A stretch of 34,477 bases of DNA, from contig JANOXZ010000553.1 in assembly GCA_031418695.1 (NCBI GenBank), forward strand, positions 1-34,477, written 5' to 3'. The notes beneath the pieces are model-generated. The model saw only the letters and a program-made list of their open reading frames with translations, was not told the DNA's origin and searched no databases. The stretch comes from Synechococcales cyanobacterium VAR_35_metabat_10. Its GTDB lineage: Bacteria > Cyanobacteriota > Cyanobacteriia > Cyanobacteriales > Chamaesiphonaceae. Made by a program: the position numbers and the translations under genes. Of this stretch, positions 31,812 through 34,477 are shown one piece after another; position 1 is the first letter of the stretch; every line of letters starts with the position of its first letter.

Positions 31812-31889
31812 AATTTTGTGGCAGTTTCTTGGTTCACCTCGATCTTACTCGGTAGAATATCCTCTGGTAGCAAAGCAGGAATTAAGCGC

Positions 31890-33155
31890 GTGAGTAAGCA
31901 CTGGTTGTCGGTGGTAGGTATGGGGGATGATGGATTGACTGGACTCAGCCCGATCGCCCGCAGCCTCTTAGATCAAGCCGAGATTATTTTTGGCGGCAAA
32001 AGACACTTGGCCATGCTGCCCGCTACTGACTCTCGGACACAGTTAGTGTGGCAAAGCCCTTTTCGAGAATCGATCGATCAAATCATCAACCACCGTGGCC
32101 AACAAGTCTGTGTGTTAGCCAGCGGTGATCCGATGTGTTACGGCGTGGGTAGCGGCCTGCATCAAGCCCTGCTCGCCCAAGGTTTAATGCCATTGATGGA
32201 AATGACCATCCTCGCGGCACCCTCGGCCTTTAGCCTCGCCTGTAGCCGTTTGGGGTGGAATTATAGTGAAATGGAGACGGTGAGTCTGTGTGGACGAGAT
32301 CTACATTTGATTCAGCCGCTGCTGTACCCGGGAGCCAAAATATTGGCTTTGAGTGCCGATCGACATACACCGATTCAACTTGCCCAGATTCTTCAAAAGT
32401 GGGAACTTGGTGATGTGCAAATGACAATTTTGGAGCATCTGGGTGGTAGCCAAGAAAGAATGGTGAGTAACCAGATTAATGATTGGTTAAATGAAAACTC
32501 TAATCAGTCAATTGCCGATTTACACACGATCGCCCTAGAATGCCCCGGCACTATTTCAGGATACTCTCGCCTCCCCGGCCTACCAGATGATGCTTATATT
32601 CATGACGGTCAGCTTACTAAGCGAGAAATTCGGGCTGTGACACTTTCGACTCTGGCACCTTGTCCCGGTCAATTATTGTGGGATGTGGGAGCTGGCAATG
32701 GTTCTATTTCGATCGAGTGGCTGCGTAGTCATCCTCGCAATCGGGCGGTGGCGATCGAACAACATCCTCAAAGATTGCAAAATATTGTAGTAAATGCTAC
32801 AAAACTGGGTGTACCAAATTTACAAATTATTAGTGGTCAAGCTCCGTCCGTATTAATTAATCTTCCGGCACCTGATGCCATCTTTATTGGTGGTGGATTA
32901 ACAATTCCTGGTGTATTTGAAGCTTGTTGGCAAGCACTGAAACCTGGGGGTAAATTGGTGGCTAATGGTGTTACCGTAGAAACCGAACAATTGATCTTTC
33001 AATTGCAGCAGCAGTACGGTGGAAAGCTCGATCGAATAGCAATTCAAAGAGCAGAATCAGTGGGTAAATTTTTGGGGTGGAAAGCCTTAAACCCAGTCAC
33101 TCAATGGTCTGTAGCAAAAATAGTTAATGAGGTTTCCATAATTACCAAGAAGTGA
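31890..33155 (+). CDS. cobL: Bifunctional precorrin-6Y / cobalt-precorrin-7 C5,C15-methyltransferase (decarboxylating), CbiE-CbiT fusion
   Basis: CbiE half: WLSVVGMGDDG, VCVLASGDPMCYGVG. CbiT half: LTKREIRAVTLSTLAP, LWDVGAGNGSISIEW, IFIGGG. The ORF is open from a GTG at 31818. I prefer the GTG at 31890, which is preceded by AGGA and matches the family's MxxxWLxVVGxG start. Confidence 0.88.
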   Translation: MSKHWLSVVGMGDDGLTGLSPIARSLLDQAEIIFGGKRHLAMLPATDSRTQLVWQSPFRESIDQIINHRGQQVCVLASGDPMCYGVGSGLHQALLAQGLMPLMEMTILAAPSAFSLACSRLGWNYSEMETVSLCGRDLHLIQPLLYPGAKILALSADRHTPIQLAQILQKWELGDVQMTILEHLGGSQERMVSNQINDWLNENSNQSIADLHTIALECPGTISGYSRLPGLPDDAYIHDGQLTKREIRAVTLSTLAPCPGQLLWDVGAGNGSISIEWLRSHPRNRAVAIEQHPQRLQNIVVNATKLGVPNLQIISGQAPSVLINLPAPDAIFIGGGLTIPGVFEACWQALKPGGKLVANGVTVETEQLIFQLQQQYGGKLDRIAIQRAESVGKFLGWKALNPVTQWSVAKIVNEVSIITKK

Positions 33156-33189
33156 TAGGCTGTTTTTGTTGCAAAAGAGAAAAAAGATC

Positions 33190-33402
33190 ATGAACAACTC
33201 TGGATTTCCTCAAGCAAGAACCCCCCAAAAAGCCAGCTTTTTCACTATGCGGCGCCGCTGTCCGGCTTGCAATGATTCCAATATTCGGCGAACTGGCCGT
33301 CAAGGTTGGGTAGAAAAAATACTTTCTATCTTTAATCTTTACCCATTTCGCTGCACCAATTATGAATGTAATCATCGTTTTATGAGAATGTCTAAAAATT
33401 AA
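33190..33402 (+). CDS. Small zinc-ribbon protein (70 aa)
   Basis: CPAC...(32 aa)...CTNYEC four-Cys arrangement in a basic protein. The ORF is open from a TTG at 33166, and the ATG at 33190 is the likelier start. Confidence 0.5.
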   Translation: MNNSGFPQARTPQKASFFTMRRRCPACNDSNIRRTGRQGWVEKILSIFNLYPFRCTNYECNHRFMRMSKN

Positions 33403-33428
33403 AACAATTGATTTGTCATTTTTCTAGC

Positions 33429-34477
33429 TTAGCTAAAGCCTAAATCTACTGCAATTCTGTGGGCACAGGCATAGCCAGAGAATGCAACCGCATTTAATCC
33501 TTGACCAGGAAAAGTACTATCACCTACACAGTATAATCCGGGAACCTTGGTGCGATTAAAGGGCATTGGTAATAGACCCGCTAGTTTGCGACTGGGCATG
33601 GGGCCGTAGCTACCGTCGGCTCGGCCTAAAAAGCGCCGATGGGTGCGGGGGGTACCCACTTCCAAAAAGTCCATGCCAGTGTGGAGACCGGGGAAAAGTT
33701 TTTCTAATCGATCGAGCAACAATCCAGCCTGTTCTTCTTTTCTGGCTTCATATTCTGTGGCAGTCAAGTTTTGCCAGTCATCTAGCCAGCTCGGAGTAAA
33801 GGCATGAATAATGTGATGGTCGGCTGGGGCTAAGTCTGGGTCTAGCAGAGTAGGGATCGAGACAAACAAGGTGCCAGCGGCTCCTCGGGCTTCGGTCATT
33901 TTGTCCCAGTCGGCTAATTGAATATGGTGACATTCGGTGCCGGGAGTTAAGACCTCGGCTTTGACTCCAATGTGTAAGCTCAAAAAACTGGGAGATTTGC
34001 TGTAGGTTGATTGCCACTTAGCTTCTCGGTTGGGCATTTCTGCTGGGTCTAAGAGTTTGCTAAAGGTATCCCAACGAGTGGCGTTAGAAACTATTCTTTT
34101 GGCAAAAAAGGTCTTACCGTTAACTAGCTCTACGCCTACGGCTTTGCCACTTTCTAAAATTATTCTTTTAACTCGGGATTTGTAGTGAATTTCGCCGCCT
34201 TTGTTGGTTAGACCTTCGGCGAGTTTTTGGGCGATTTGTCCGACTCCGCCTTTGGGGTAATTAATGCCGCCGTAGTGTCGATCGGCGAACACCATGCCAG
34301 CATTGATCATGGGGGTCAGTTCAGCGGGGACTACCGACCAGCAGTAGCATTCGATATCAATAAAGCGCAGTACCTCTGGGTCGGTGATGTATTTACGAGC
34401 GATATCGCCAGCGTTGAAGGGTAGGTATCTGGCTAACCCCAGGCAAGAAAGGGGTTTCTGGAAAAATACCCGGGTCA
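33429..34477 (-). CDS. crtH: Carotenoid (prolycopene) cis-trans isomerase, FAD-dependent (partial; N-terminus lies beyond the window end)
   Basis: The track ORF starts at an internal Met (34310), but the frame stays open to 34477. The upstream in-frame sequence reads ...[54 protein letters not shown], the CrtISO/CrtH signature. The C-terminal block is [14 protein letters not shown]. Confidence 0.85.
   Translation of the reverse strand, partial: TRVFFQKPLSCLGLARYLPFNAGDIARKYITDPEVLRFIDIECYCWSVVPAELTPMINAGMVFADRHYGGINYPKGGVGQIAQKLAEGLTNKGGEIHYKSRVKRIILESGKAVGVELVNGKTFFAKRIVSNATRWDTFSKLLDPAEMPNREAKWQSTYSKSPSFLSLHIGVKAEVLTPGTECHHIQLADWDKMTEARGAAGTLFVSIPTLLDPDLAPADHHIIHAFTPSWLDDWQNLTATEYEARKEEQAGLLLDRLEKLFPGLHTGMDFLEVGTPRTHRRFLGRADGSYGPMPSRKLAGLLPMPFNRTKVPGLYCVGDSTFPGQGLNAVAFSGYACAHRIAVDLGFS

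Noticed and set aside
31812-31889. Possible cobalamin riboswitch upstream of cobL.
   Set aside because: At most about 78 nt separates cobL from the divergent holin-like gene, too short for a B12 element. No B12-box-like sequence is seen.

Overview
This window looks like a cyanobacterial chromosomal segment. CGATCG and GCGATCGC (HIP1-like) palindromes recur throughout, and the gene set includes katG, cruF-like, crtH, CHASE2 Ser/Thr kinase, cobL, ndk, argC, queC and mtnP. Most of it is ordinary, densely packed housekeeping DNA on both strands. I found no tRNA, rRNA, CRISPR array, transposase or integrase.

The ORF track misses two edge-truncated genes. One is a hybrid histidine kinase with two receiver domains at 1..1631 (-). 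The other is the 5' part of crtH, which runs to 34477 (-).

Four regions are not ordinary:
1. A 5.5-kb gene (22165..27669) encodes an 1834-aa protein with no signal peptide. Its order is DUF4347, then two NPCBM plus Ig-like modules, Calx-beta, a third NPCBM, and a PQQ-type sugar-dehydrogenase-like propeller. A seven-repeat FG-GAP propeller appears to be inserted into that dehydrogenase-like propeller.
2. A Prx5-type peroxiredoxin homolog has lost every residue of its Pxxx(T/S)xxC active-site motif. It sits directly upstream of an intact katG, behind a long AT-rich leader.
3. A small degenerate islet (16.6-17.5 kb) holds a frameshifted tail-anchored coiled-coil ORF, an orphan DUF433 gene and an 83-aa kinase N-terminal remnant.
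4. Several inverted or direct repeats sit at gene starts and ends.

I cannot point to a complete, clearly novel multi-gene system. The giant protein and the dead-Prx/katG pair are the best candidates for follow-up.
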